A stretch of 64,000 nucleotides of DNA. Source: Octopus bimaculoides (Eukaryota). Position 1 is the first letter of the stretch. Each line of letters starts with the position of its first letter. Below the pieces are notes generated by a model, which did no database searches, was not told the origin of the DNA, and saw only the letters and a program-made list of their open reading frames with translations. Where the stretch lies: contig NC_068986.1 of the NCBI RefSeq assembly GCF_001194135.2, forward strand, positions 59,710,384 through 59,774,383, in the 5' to 3' direction. This document shows positions 12,246 to 26,160 of this stretch, piece after piece. Both the position numbers and the translations under genes were made by a program.

Positions 12246-14685
12246 ACTATTATGTTGTGGCAGTATTCTGCGTCTTATTATCTTTGACTCCAACTGAGAA
12301 CTCCCACAACAACTCTACTACTACTGACTTTATAGTGGCCCTCATACCACTGTCCTGTGGGAAAAAGTGTACCATTTTTACTACAACATCTCCCCTTTTA
12401 GTTTTCTTTTTCCTTGGGAAGCAAGTAATTTTATTTTACTTTATTTACCCCTCTTCTTTTTTTAGCATTTTTTTCCCAACTTAATATTTTTTCTTTTTGG
12501 TGTCTATTTGTAGGAACTCTGTGTTCTTCCTTTTTCTTCCACTTGTACATGTGGGTTCAACCACTTGTAACAGTGTTGATACCTGGAATGTGTCATACAG
12601 TCATTCCATAGGTTCTTCCAATCTGTCTGGTTCATTTTCTATGAATCTCATTGTCAATTGGTTTCTGTGTCTTTTTTCAATACTTTTTCTGCTTTTAATT
12701 CCATACATCATTTTTCCTTCATCACAGTATTGTTTTCCATTTTTATACAATCTCATGAACATCATAACACCAATTTTGAAAAATTTTGGATTGTCTTCTC
12801 TGGTACTTTTCTTTCCTCACCAGGTAACAGTTTACCAAAAACTGATTTCACCTTCCTTGTAAACATCAGTTCAGCTGGTGAGATTCCTGCTGGTGTATTG
12901 GAGTTCAGTGTCACCCTGTGTACTCTTAGAAATTGTGGAAGAGTGACTTTGTCTGTGGCTTTCTTATTTGCTTTTCTCAAAGCACTTTTAAAAGTGACCA
13001 CAAAACACTCTGCTTGTCCATTTGATCTGGGATGGTAAGGCACTATCATTTTATGTTCTTGAAAAGTTACATTACAAATACATTTGCCGATGAAATATAA
13101 TTTCTTTCCTGCAACACCATATATTACTTTATCTGATTTAAATAATTATGATATACTGAGTTGCCACGATGTTTCTTCATTTATGATAGTGATGTCACTA
13201 CCTGTGTCTAATTGCATTTTGACACTAGTGGTTTCAATTCTCACTTTGATGAATTTTCTGTTTGTTGTACAAACTTTTTCTCTGATGACAAACTATTTAT
13301 TTTTTTCTCATTTGGTCCAATTTTTTACCATCTTAGTTTTGCAGGGCGATTTAATGTGTCCTATGTTCCCACAATGAAAATACTTTGTTTTTTTGAACAG
13401 ACACTCTTTTCTCAGGTGCCTATCACCACCATATGTCATACATGGGTTTATCTCCTAATATATATCATTTTTTGTGAAACACTTTATCTGTCTTCCAACT
13501 GGTTTTATCTGTAAACAATCTCTGCGTTGGATTTCTTCTGTGTCATGCCTTACTTTTAATATCCCATCACACTTTTCTGACAGTTTTGCAAGAATTTTTG
13601 TTTTGACTTCTGTGTCCTTTTTAGCAGTAAGTCCCTGAGCAAAATCAGGCATTTGAATGAGTCTGGAGTTAGTTTATCCAGTTTAAATCTCTCACACTCT
13701 CTGTTCACTCTACCTGCATATGTGGTAAAGTCTTCATCATCGCTTTTCTCCATGTTCAAACACTTCCAACATGTGTTGACCAACAATGTTTTTCACTAAA
13801 CATCCGACATAAAATGTCAATTGTGTCTATGAAATTTATTTCAGAAACTTTTTTAGGCAATATAAAGTTACAGGGTTTCTCATGCTCTATCATCACCAGT
13901 TTTCTCAGAATTTGATACATTTTCATTTCACCCATCCAGTCTTGGCATTCTTTTTTGAAAATTTGTTAAAATCTTTGGTAATATGCCTTGAAAGCGATTC
14001 CTTCTTTCAGATTGTTTAAATTCATTTATTGAATTTGCTGCATGGTCTGGTGAAGATGTATTTTCCAATTTTGTTACCAACTTCGTTAGTAGTAACATTT
14101 GTTGCTCTAACATTTGTTATTGTTCTTGTTCTTTGAGTTGCTGTTGTTGCTGTCTTTGCAACTCAACTAAACCTTCTAACAAGTTTTCCATAATTTTATA
14201 GATTTTTCATAAAATATATACAACAAAAATGCTTGTTATTCCTCTGTTCTGTTGAGTTTTTAATTTCTACATGTGAAAATTTTTCAACATCGTCCACATG
14301 AATTGTTCATTTTCTTGTGAAAAGAAAAATTTTTTCAATGTTGTCCACATGAATTGTTTATATCCTCACCACCACTGTTATAATGTGGATCCTCATCTAC
14401 TTGTATGTTGTTGTTGGCACTGTAATATTCTTGTCGCCACTATTATGTTGTGGTGGTATTCCGCATCTTATTATTTTTGACTTGTCTATTGTGCTAGCGC
14501 TGATAGCTCTGCAAGACGACGACTTTGAAACGTCTACCCTGATGGTAACTCAAACTTGTATATATCACATAACTGATACTGACTCCAACTGAGAACTCCT
14601 ACAATGACTCTACGACTACTGACTTTATAGTGGCCCTCAGACCACTTTGTCATGTGGGAAGGAGTGTACCATTTTCACTACAACA
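12183..14685 (-). mobile_element. Ty3/Gypsy LTR retrotransposon, internally deleted (gag, protease, integrase C-terminus; no RT/RNase H)
   Basis: LTRs 14376-14685 and 12183-12388, both TG...CA. Perfect 5 bp TSD CAGAT (12178-12182, 14686-14690). PBS-like GTGGTGGTGAGGAT follows the 5' LTR and PPT TAAAAGGGGAGA precedes the 3' LTR. Remnants include gag, a CCHC knuckle, protease MQLDTGSDITII and integrase PYHPRSNGQAE. Confidence 0.93.
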
Positions 14686-16023
14686 CAGATAAAGAACTTC
14701 TGAATTTAATGTAATCTATGACTGCATCTCCAACCCAAAAGATTGTGTTGGAATAAGAACTGAGAGGAAGCTCCTTTCACTCCTAAATTTGAAACAAAAC
14801 CTGAAAAATGATGATGTAACCGATCAATAACTTTCTCTGTCTTTCATCTTTCTTATCTCATTGATTCCCTAGAAAGGAGTGAGAGGTGATTGGATTGAAG
14901 TCTCACTCAAATAAGTTGTCATGGGAATTATTGATGTTTTTTTCCCTTTGGTGAAGCACCGTGTTTATTCTATTTTATGGAGTATTTCAGTGTCTTAATT
15001 CATAAGTGCTTCTAATTCTGTTCTCCACCTCTTTTCATACAAGTGAAATTGCTTGAAGGCTAAACAAGATCACTCACAAAGAAGTTGGTGAAAATCATTC
15101 TTCAAAACAGTCTTTCATCAAACAGTTAAGGTGTAAAATTTTTGAAGGACAATATAAGCACATTAATTTAGTGCAGCTATATTTTGAATTTTCTTCTTTC
15201 TCTTCACAAGCTGTCATGCAACTGGATAGTTGTATAAATTAGAACATTATCAATTCAATGTTATTTGATTTTAGTTTGGTAATGCATATGACTATCACAA
15301 GAGAACAATGGTTAAATATATTGCATTTTTTTATGCACCTCAGCCATTTTGAGTTCAATTCAGACAGTAGTTGATTTTGACTTTGTTTATTTCAAGGATG
15401 GAGTTTGATAAATTATGTACCATTACTATACTCTGATCAATGTACTCTGATATATTTCTCTACTTCAACTATTGTCCTTGTCTTTAAAACAAAGATTTGA
15501 TTTTTAGCAAGGAAATTATTATTTAGAGCAAGATTAGCTTTGATCAAACAGATCTTGAAAGAAAAGCAGTTCAGCTATAAGCATCACATCTCTTTCCAGG
15601 TATCATACATCTAGGATTACATTATGCAAAGTGATCTTCCTTTTTTTTTTTAGGGTACAAGGATGTTAATTAGGGAGGTTGCTTTTTCTAGAAAGTCAAG
15701 TAACTATGTAGAGGTTCCCTCCCTCAGTGGCTCATTGTAAAGAAAAGTCATAGTCTTTAATATCCTTTGTTTGCATATTATTAATTATGCAATGGCCTGA
15801 ATTACTGGTGAGCTCATAAGTTTTGGAAATGGGCAAGAAAATCTTGAAGGAAAATGGCTGGTTAAGAAGTTTGCTTCCAAACCACCTGGTTTGGGATTCA
15901 GTCCCAGTGCATAGTCCTTTGGGCAAGCATCTTCTGTTATACTTTTGACCAATGAAAGCCTTGTGCAAGAATTTGGCAAATGGAAACTGAAAGAAGTTTA
16001 ATAAATTAAGAAATGCATGCATG

Positions 16024-16057
<34 letters not shown>

Positions 16058-16305
16058 TGTATGTATGTATGTATGTATGTATGTATGTATGTATGTAGGT
16101 ATGTATGTATGTGCACACACACACATACACATAAACATTAATTACTAGTGATGGAAGTAGTATTAATACCAAAATATAATCTTTATATCCAACTTAACAT
16201 GGATGTCTTGTTAGAACACTGAATACTGCGTTATTAGCCTTGAGAAATCCTCTCTTATAGGTGTTTGGTGCATAAAAACACACACATAAATTATAGCAGA
16301 TGAGA

Positions 16306-16653
16306 ATTATCTGTCATGGGCACTGGAATTCCCATATCACATGATTATCAGTGCGATATATAGAATATCAGCATGGATGTTGCAAACAGACAGCAGGTTT
16401 ATTAAAAATTGATTATTAGTGATGGAAGCAGTATTAGTACCAAAAGGTAATCTTTATATCCAACTTAACATGAATGTTTTATTAGAACATTATTAGCTTG
16501 CTGGATGTTTGCAACTTCAGTGTCTAAATAGATGTTGATATTCTATATATAGCACTGAGATTTGCCTGGCATGCTGTGACCAGGTGCTTCATACTGATAA
16601 TTTTCAGTAGATAATCATGTGATAAGGGAATTCCAGTGCTCATGACAGACAAT
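16306..16653. repeat. Imperfect foldback (inverted repeat) with direct-repeat spacer
   Basis: 16306-16394 matches the reverse complement of blocks within 16500-16653 (e.g. tctgtcatgRgcactggaattccc). The spacer 16412-16497 is a direct copy of 16141-16238. Confidence 0.8.
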
Positions 16654-16689
16654 ATATATGATGATGATCATCATCATCATCATCATTAT

Positions 16690-17200
16690 CATCATCATTT
16701 AACATCTGTTGTCCATGTTGGTATGGGCTGAAAGATTTAACCAGAACTGGCAAGCAGTGGAGCTGCACCAGACTCCAGTCTGATTTGGCATGGTTTCTAT
16801 GGCTGCATGCCCTTGCCAACCACTTTACAGAGTGTGCTGGGTGCTTTTATGTGACACTTCACAGGCGCTTTTACATGGTGCTACATGGGCTCATTTACAT
16901 GGTTCCACACAGGTGCTTTTACATGGCACCACGAGTGCTTTACGCCACCAGAGGGACCAATCTTAACACTTCTGCTGCAGTGTATGGGTCATCTTGTGTA
17001 CAGCAAGGTGTCAGACATTTCCACATCATCATCTAATGCTTGTTTTCCATGCTGGCATGGGTTGGACGGTTTGAACAGAGCTGCAGTGGGCTCCAGTCTG
17101 ATTTGGCATGGTTTCTAATGCTGGATGCCCTCCCTAATGCCACCCATTTTACAGAGTGTGCTTGTTACTTTAATGTGGCACTGCACAAGACATGTGCACT

Positions 17201-17246
<46 letters not shown>

Positions 17247-17450
17247 CATGTGTGTGTGTGTGTTTTTGCATTGATGTTACACAGTTGTAAATAAGAATCA
17301 CCATCATACAAGCAGAGTTCATCATTTCCAATCTTCTGTGAGAGCAAGTCTGGCCATGGGAAAATATCTTGTTTGGAAACAGGTGAAGGTTGATGACAGG
17401 AAGGGCATCTGGCCAAAGAAAATCTGCCTCAATGAATTTTGTCTGACCCT
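16690..17450. mobile_element. Cluster of RTE-tail-related SINE-like repeats with (CAT)n and (TG)n
   Basis: Two tandem copies of the ...gggctccagtctgatttggcatggtttct...ggatgccct... motif, also seen at 32080-32690 and 41600-41730. Confidence 0.6.
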
Positions 17451-18226
17451 AATAATGATGAGGATGATAAAGATGACTGAGAGTGTAAAACATTAGATTA
17501 AATTCATAACACTGCTTACTGGTAGTCCTCTTGATAGGATTGATTTTGATTTTTGTTTTTGTTCACTGTTGGTTTGATAAAACAATTACTCGTAAATTTT
17601 ACTGGATTTGACAAAATCAGTAAACTGCACAATAACTCATCATTTCAACAATGATATTTAATAAAACTGTGCTAATGACTAAAATAATAGAGAACTAAGC
17701 CAGATGCATTACTATACTGAGTTAAATACCTACTCTAAACAGAAATGCAACTGGGGTCAACTTGACTTATGTCCTCCTATGGTGGACATAAGTACTGATT
17801 TCCCTCAAATGACCATTTCACTTATCTAATGAGTCCCGGGGAAACAAAAAAGCAAACAAACTGAGTCAAACAATTAGAAAGTAGAAAAATAGGGATATAA
17901 GATGTGGTTTTATGCACAGTGTAAATGTAATACACAAGAGCAGTAGCACCCAAATGGTGTGACACAACATTTAGCCATATCAATAGATGCAGCTAGGTGT
18001 TTTGTGAAAATGATAAATCGAATTAACAAATGTGAAAAATGCAAACTGAAATTTTATATACTAAAGGTGTGGCCAAGTGAAAATAAACTTTACTTCTTAA
18101 CCAATTGGTAGTCTTGAGTTCTCTCTCACTGAATGGCATCTTCAGTAAATATCTTCTATAATATCTTCAGGCCAACCAATGGCTTATGAATGGAATTGGT
18201 AGACAGAAATTATATGGAAGCTAATC

Positions 18227-18289
<63 letters not shown>

Positions 18290-18494
18290 NNNNNNNNNNN
18301 NNNNNNNNNNNNNNNNNNNNNNNNNNNNNNNNNNNNNNNNNNNNNNNNNNNNNNNNNNNNNNNNNNNNNNNNNNNNNNNNNNNNNNNNNNNNNNNNNNNN
18401 NNNNNNNNNNNNNNNNNNNNNNNNNNNNNNNNNNNNNNNNNNNNNNNNNNNNNNNNNNNNNNNNNNNNNNNNNNNNNNNNNNNNNNNNNNNNNN
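18290..18494. other. Assembly gap within (AT)n; further gaps at 53369-53516 and 63318-63689
   Basis: Runs of N. Confidence 1.
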
Positions 18495-19426
18495 ATATAT
18501 ATATATATATATATGTATACATGTGTGTGCAAACATGAAAGTGTCTTGACAGAATCATTAGCATGTTGGGCAAAGTGCTTAGCAATATTTCATCTGTCCT
18601 TATGTTCTGAGTTCAAATTCTGCTGAGGTTGATTTTGCTTTTCATCCTTTCAGGGTTGATAAATTAAGTTCCAGTTGAGCACTGGAGTCAATGTAATTGA
18701 CTTACCCCCACACCCCGTGCCATCGTCGTCATCAAAAGGTGGTCAACAGTGGCAAGACTTGTGAGACTGAATGGACCAATTCTGAGTGTGCTTTTCTAAG
18801 CAGGAAGAAAGAAACTGGAAGAGGGCACTTTCCTATGCCATGGGGATGGCTGAGTAGTCCAGAATTTTTGTGTAGGATTTACTTTGAATTACTCTAAGTG
18901 GACTGCCCCACCATTGGGGATTCTTTTTATTTATTTATTCATTTATCATTTATTTCTCTAATTTCGATTATATATCCTCTGTTATATCCTTTAATGTTGT
19001 ATCTCCCTTTGAGTGATGTAAACCCTGCCTGTTTTTGTATTTTTTGTTTCTGTTTTTTTTTTTTTTTTGTGAGTTGTAACTTGTCCTTCTCCAAAAGATC
19101 ATGTATATAATCCTTCCTACTGGGTATAGGTATGTCCTTTAGTGAAACATCTTGTTACACTACCATATAACACCTTCCTGCCAGAAATCAGAAATTGATT
19201 GTGGTTAATGGATAATAAAATGAATGGTTTATACCTGGTAGCCTATTGGTAGAGCACGGTCACTTTCACAGTGATTGTTAGGTATATGGCAAATGAAAGA
19301 TGGAAAGTTACGTTGCGGAACAGTCATTTTAACAAGTTGTCAGTTGTTGGGTGTCCCACCCAAGAGGAATGTGTTGAAACAATTGTCGTGATTAATAATA
19401 AATTCTCATATATTCCATCTTCTATT

Positions 19427-19491
<65 letters not shown>

Positions 19492-20089
19492 CAGAGAGAG
19501 AGAGAGAGAGAGAAGTAAAGAAATATAACAGGGTTCAGAGGCTTTAAGATATTTCATTAGTGTAGAGTAGATGAGTGTAATTGAAATGGTTTTAATGGTA
19601 GTCATCTCTTCCTTGTCATAGATGTCACTGTCATTGTCATCACCATCATCATTATGATCATAACCGTCATCATGATCATCACCATTTTAATATATAATTT
19701 CGTCCATATTAACATAGGTTGAATAAGTTTAGAATATGACACATTTCCCATTCAATTATATTATCACATTATCAACATTCTGTACCTTCAAGTCCATAAC
19801 AAACCAAGATCTTCCTTGGTTTAACTTTAATACAAGTCATTGTTAATGCAAACCAACTTCATGATATATTTCTGTTTTCTCTCTATCAGCCATTGTCATT
19901 TATGATGCCCAAATAGTTTCCATACTTTGCATACATTTCAATCTTTCTCAGAAAGATTCTTCAGCTCATTACACTCCACTAATTGCAGATCCTCTTTTAT
20001 GCATCCCTCATGCTTCACTCCTATACATACAGTACCACACCAACAATGTAGGATCAGTGAAAGCTTTTATGCAGTCCTTGAGTAGACTT

Positions 20090-21603
20090 GATAAAAACAG
20101 CAACCAAATCTCCCTCAAATCACACTCAATTGACTTGATATATAAAGAACACACTGGATAATGTAGTTCTAGTTACTCTATGTCTGAGAGAAAAAACAAG
20201 AAACAAATATATAAAAAAATACCCAGATGGTTATGGCAATTGGATCTTGTTAAATTTCTTCGAACCACTTGAAATATTTCAAATTTTCACCAGATTATTT
20301 TTTAAAAAATGTAATTTTGCATACTGATGATGAAAATTGCATTCATCTTTTTCTAGAAATGCATAATAAAGAAGATACAAGCATTTAAAGTTATGTAATT
20401 TGAACCAATCAAAAGCATCCAGTGCTAGCATATCAGAGGCTGGAACTGTCTGTTGTCACGACAATCAGCGAAGACAAAGATAAAACAATGAAGACAACTT
20501 TTACGTGGTCTTTTGACCTGCTAGAAATAGCAGCCAAATGTTCCTTAAACTACACCAGAACGTCTAAAAAACAGAAAAAATTCATACATTATATAATATA
20601 GTTTGTGGTTTTTGCATTTTTTTGTTCATAATCAAAGCATCAGTACATAATAATATGGTCTTAAATTCACAGAAACACTGAATATGTTTATTATATATAA
20701 TTTTAAACATAAAGCTGAGCATGTGTTTGTTGTTAATACATAGAATGTCTTTCATTTAGACCTGCATAATTAAACTGACTAAACAACTTAGACTATATGA
20801 GCCAATGGGAAAGCTTTTGGGTAGTTCATTGACCTGCTAGAAACAACAGTGAAATCACTGTCAAATTACTCCCCACTGACTTAATAAAAGGACACATTGT
20901 GTACTCCTAGATACAGAGATGGAAAAAAACAAGATGGTTATGCCTATAATTCCTTTGATTTCAGGTATATGTTTGCTTGATTAAATAAAGCTGACCTGGC
21001 GCTAAACAATGATAAATGGTGACATGAATTCTCCGAGGAAACCTTTACATAATCTCCTGACATGCTAGAAGTAGTAGTCATATAAATCTGAAATCACACC
21101 TTGCTGACTTAAAAAAAAAGGGACACACTGGATAATAGTAATAGGTATTTTTTGAGAGAAAAACCAGGGACGGTCATGACAGGAATACTTTTGATCATAA
21201 GTCTGCCTGATCAAAATTAATCTTGGGTGACCAACAACATTGCTTACAAAGGCCTCATGCTGTCAGACTGCTTATGAAATGAAACTAACAGAAGTAAGAT
21301 GCAGAAAAGTAAAACATAAATAGCACAATTCCTAGCAGTACTACAGTAAATTAATGCAGAAGCTAGAAAAATAAAATTAATCTCCGTTTGCAATTTGTTT
21401 CTTACTAGAAAATAGTAGAGTTTTGAGGCCTCATGGTCATTCCTACCACCACTATCACTGCTACAACAAAGTGATATTACTAAGAATAAAGGTAAGAAGA
21501 GAGATAGAGCAAAGGAAAACAAAGATGTTTCTTTCTAGGGATTGAGAAATAAGGAAAGGTAGAGAGAGAGAAATATATACATATACATATGTATCTTATA
21601 AGC

Positions 21604-21647
<44 letters not shown>

Positions 21648-22740
21648 TGAGAAAGGTAGAAAAATATAGAGAGAGAAAAAGAAGAGGGAAAGAAAGGGAA
21701 ATTTATTCAATCTCTTTTTCGCCTTCATTAAATCTGAAACTAGTCTTTACAAATGAAAACTAATCCTGTCCCTACTACAAGTTAAACCTTGGACTGCTTG
21801 GTTTAAATAACTCAGTTTTTTTAATTCTTTTTTCTGTCATTAAAAAAGAGCAGAGCAAATAAGCCTGACTGACTATTCAGATTTGGAGTTTGTCATATTT
21901 ATTGGATTTTGTTTTCTTTTCCTTTTTTTTCCTCAATACTGATCTGAACAATATGTCAAAGCAAAAAAGTAAAAAAAAAAAAAGGCTTTCTTATGTAATT
22001 TTCTAATTTAACATCTAGACAGTTTACCTAAGAATTCCATGTACGCATTATTTGATTAATAAAGTGATTGAAAGTTTAACTACGTCTAAAATCATTAAGC
22101 CAAAAGAGGTATCATCCCTCTATGTTAGTTGTTTACAGATGTTTTTTCTTTATGGCATACTGAATAAGGCACTAAAAGTAGGATGGCATATCATCAGCTT
22201 TTTTAAAGTTTTATTAAATAAAACAATATTTTAAAACAGATGGGTACACACACTATACTTTACCACATGAGAATATATATGCATTAGTGCTGGGCAATAA
22301 AATAACACTCAATTTTTAGAAATATCTTGGCATTTCTTGACTTGCCTCAAAAGATTGTGGCACATTTGCATACCATACATGGTATTCAATTATGTCATGG
22401 AACAGATTTTGAAAATATTAGCTCTATGTGGATGTTTGACTTACTATAAAAAAAAAAAACAGCCAAATTTCCCCTCAAGTCACAACTTGTACTGTTTTAA
22501 TATATATCCTGGTTGCATTGTACCAGGAAAAAAAATGAGGGTCACAACTGAAATGCCTTGATCATAAGTTGTTTAGTCAAGGCTCAGCTAGGGCTAAACC
22601 AAACTTACAATAACTACAACAACCACCATAAAAAGAAAATGATTAACAGCTTACATTGTCTTATGAAAGGAAGAACACACTGGATAATGTACACCAACAT
22701 ACAGAAAAAAGATGGGATGGCCATGGGTGAAACATAATTG
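20090..22740 (+). mobile_element. Cluster of 5'-truncated copies of an abundant SINE-like repeat with an (AAC)n tail
   Basis: Recurrent gacctgctagaaatagcagccaaatc...ggacacattggataatgtag...ctaaacaacaac motif. Further copies lie at ~10380-10560 (-), 27590-27980, 28680-28810, 57280-57440, 59210-59370 and 62450-62770. Confidence 0.7.
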
Positions 22741-25700
22741 TAATTAGTTTTTGCAGAAGCAAAACATCACTAATTTCATCAGAACCTACTGTTTTATAAA
22801 GTGGAAGGTACTGGTTCATAAGTACTTATTGAAACTGAATTGCATTGTTTAAAAGAGTAATTTTAATGGATTTCATATTAATGCAAATCCTACTCACACA
22901 AGCTGCCCCACCCTCCACACACATATGTGCTGGCTTTCCACTAGTAATGGTGGAAAGTGTGAAGCTTTAGTAACCACCAAGCAATAACTTAGAATCTAAA
23001 CCATCCTATGAGGAACTAACAGGTCCCTCTATCATCCACCACTACTCTCTCTGCTTTCAAAAGGCAAGTATTAGAAAAGTGTTATTCTTTGAACTGGTAC
23101 CCTCCAACTCTTCATTACATTTAACACTGTCAAGACAACAGCTACCTTTGATAATATTTCAAATGTCACATGCTGTGAGAAGCTACAGCTGTCAATAGAA
23201 TTTGAAGAAGCTTAGCTATTATAACCAAGATTATCATCTCCATTTGTAGATAGTGATGAAGGTTATGATGACATCATCAATATTGCTGATAAAAGAGTTG
23301 AAGAATGGATAACATTGATCTTAAAGGATGTGATGCTGAAAATGTCAGTCAAAATAATGTTACAGCTAAAATTTACAAAGAAAATTATGGTGATTCTTAA
23401 AAAAGCAGAGTAATAAATTATTCAAAGACACAGGACAATGGTTGTAATAAAGTGTGCACTAATAGGCAAGGTGTGCACTAATAGGAATAATAACATCATG
23501 CTTCATGTTTCTTATATTAAAATTAGATTATTTATATTTCGATTTTGATTTTTAAAAATGTTCTAATTTTAATTTTCCAGAAGCCATAATCAAGTATCTT
23601 ATTCATAGATATATATATATTTCCCAAAGCACCTGAAAACTACTGGAGAACAGACCAATTGAAATAGAATTTAAACACAAAAACATTGAATTAAAAATGT
23701 AAAAAATTTTAAATTATTATCTTAGGAACCCATCTCAGAAATTTGGGGCTTAATTCTATACTGAATATAATGGTTTCTTAATGAAGATTTCAGTCAACAG
23801 ACTATGCTAATGCTATTTCAACCTATAATAATTATACCAGCAACAATATAGCATTATCAAAACTGACTATTAAACCTCTCTTTTCTTCATCAATATAGTT
23901 TTATCACCTCTCACTATTACACATCTATTCTAGCCTTGTCACATATGCTGTGACATGCTAATTGTTCCTAAATCATCAGTAAAAACCATCTATTGGAGTT
24001 TCATCCAGTCTCTGCTGACTCAATTTCAGTGTCAAGGTTTTGGTCAATCTGTGGTTACATAATAGACACTTAGATGCCACATCAGTGGAATTGAACTCAC
24101 AACATAATGTTTATGAAGCAAACATCTTAATCATTCAGCCATTGATAAATTCAGAGGGTTTTTCAATGGAATATCAGTATTTTTGACAAGGTGTAAAGCC
24201 AGTTTTTGTAAAAAATGAATATAATTATAGGCACAGGCACCTACGTGGTCAAGAAGCTTGCTTTGCAGCTATGTAGATTTAGGTTAAGTTTCACTGTATA
24301 ACACTCTAATATAGATGTGGTCTAAGCAATGCAAGAGAATTTTCAAGACAAAACCTGTGTGAAAGGCTGCTGCATATGTGTGTGTATGTGTGTGTGTGTG
24401 TGTGTGTGTGTTTGTATGTGTTTATATGTATGTGTGTCTTTGCATATGTGTTGGTTTGTTTATGTCCTCATAACTTAATGGTTTTACACAAGAGACCAAC
24501 AGAATAAGTACCAGAATTAAAAAATAAGTATTGAGATCAATTTATCAACTAAATAAAAAGTAAAACAGCCTTTCAAGGTGGTGCCCCAGCATGAATGCAA
24601 TCCAGTGGCTCAACCTGAAAATTTACTGAAACTAAATTTATCAAGCCTCAAAGAAATAAAAATGAAAGAAGTCAATCTGAACGAGACTTGAACTAGGAAT
24701 TGACAAAAATAAATTTGAACCATTTATAAAGCATTCAGTCTATCATTGTAATCCGCGTTCAGTTTTAATTTGAAGTGATTTACTGCAATGCTTTGGCAAA
24801 TGAAGAATTAGAGGAAAAAAAGCAAGTATAACATTTCAAAATAGTAAGCAATAACACTGATTTCTAAAATAAATGTTATCAGTTTAAATTTCATTATTCA
24901 GATTTGATATTCTGTGGTGGAAAATTCTCATGACCTGATGAGGTCAATCTGTAAATATTCTTACTTCATCTTCTTGTATGTACCTGTGATTCCAAACCTT
25001 TATCAATAGCATAAAGGGGGAGGGGAAGGGAGAGAGTGAGTTAAAATGTAATGATGAGTCATGAGACATTTTAATATCCCTTAACCAGAAAATGCAACAC
25101 AGAGAAGGGCTCAGAAATTAGAAGAATCGGTTGAGTACTGGATAAAAATGCCTTGGGGTATTTAGTTATGTGCCTTTATGTTCTGAGTTCAAATCCTACT
25201 GAGGTCATAAAAAATTAGTACCTGTTGATACTGGGTGCAATCTAATCAACTCATAGTCTTCCCCTTTTAATTTGTGACCTGACTCATGTTAGAAATTAAG
25301 GTAAGGTTCACAACCCAAAGAAACAGGTGGTGGCATATATCAGCAAAAGATAATCCATAGCAGTTGGGAGATAAAATTTATAATAGTGAGGAGTGGAAAA
25401 AAAATCCACTGTTTTGGACATTTGTCCTTCTTCAGGCAAAAGAAAAAGGTTAGATATCATAGTTGCAAAAACAACAAAAAAAGAGAGAGAGGGGAAGGGG
25501 GAGGAAATAAATAAATCAATATCTTTAACTAGAAAATGAGAAATAGTTATAAATAAATATGATTCCCTTAATGGGTCTGTCACATTAAGTTGACAGTAAA
25601 CAACTGCTTTATCATAACACTGCTGCTTATGTCTCTCTGTGAGATTTATAATTAGATCATTTCTAATTATAAATAGTGTTATTTGCAAAAAGGTATTGGA

Positions 25701-26001
25701 AAAAACATTAGTAAAATGCCTCATTATACACTCCTGTATTAGTTCTAAACTTCATATGAGAAAAATAAAAATATTTACAAGTGGAAATGATTTAATCTCA
25801 TACGTTTCAGCATGTGGAAATATTTAAATCAAACAGCAGAAACCTTACAACATTAATTAATTAGTTAAAAATTAATTATAATATCATAATAATATTAGAT
25901 TTTACATAGTCAAGTGCTTACATATGTATGTGTTTTGATATAATATATTTTTAGAATATATGTTACATAATCATAAATATTAGTGTATAAAAAATAGATT
26001 A

Positions 26002-26160
26002 TATGATGGGGTACCCAAAAGAAACTGGAATTTCGCAATATTATTTTATTCACTTAGTTTTACATGTTTACATTTTTATCACCTTCAAAGTATTTTCCAT
26101 TTGAGGCAATGACTCGGTCCAGATATGTTTTCCACAGTTTGAAGCAATGCAGGAAATCTC
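26002..26160 (-). mobile_element. Tc1/mariner transposon 3' terminus remnant
   Basis: TA followed by TIR-like tgatggggtaccc. The minus strand encodes a decayed mariner C-terminus (...IASNGKYFEGDK). Confidence 0.6.

Noticed and set aside
23250-23400. Acidic plus-strand stretch DSDEGYDDIINIADK after a good acceptor
   Set aside because: Needs a frameshift to stay protein-like and has no donor or recognisable motif. It may be an old DNA-transposon N-terminus.
25308-25724. 138 aa minus-strand ORF
   Set aside because: Crosses low-complexity tracts, has no motif and no good donor, and is compatible with chance in AT-rich DNA.
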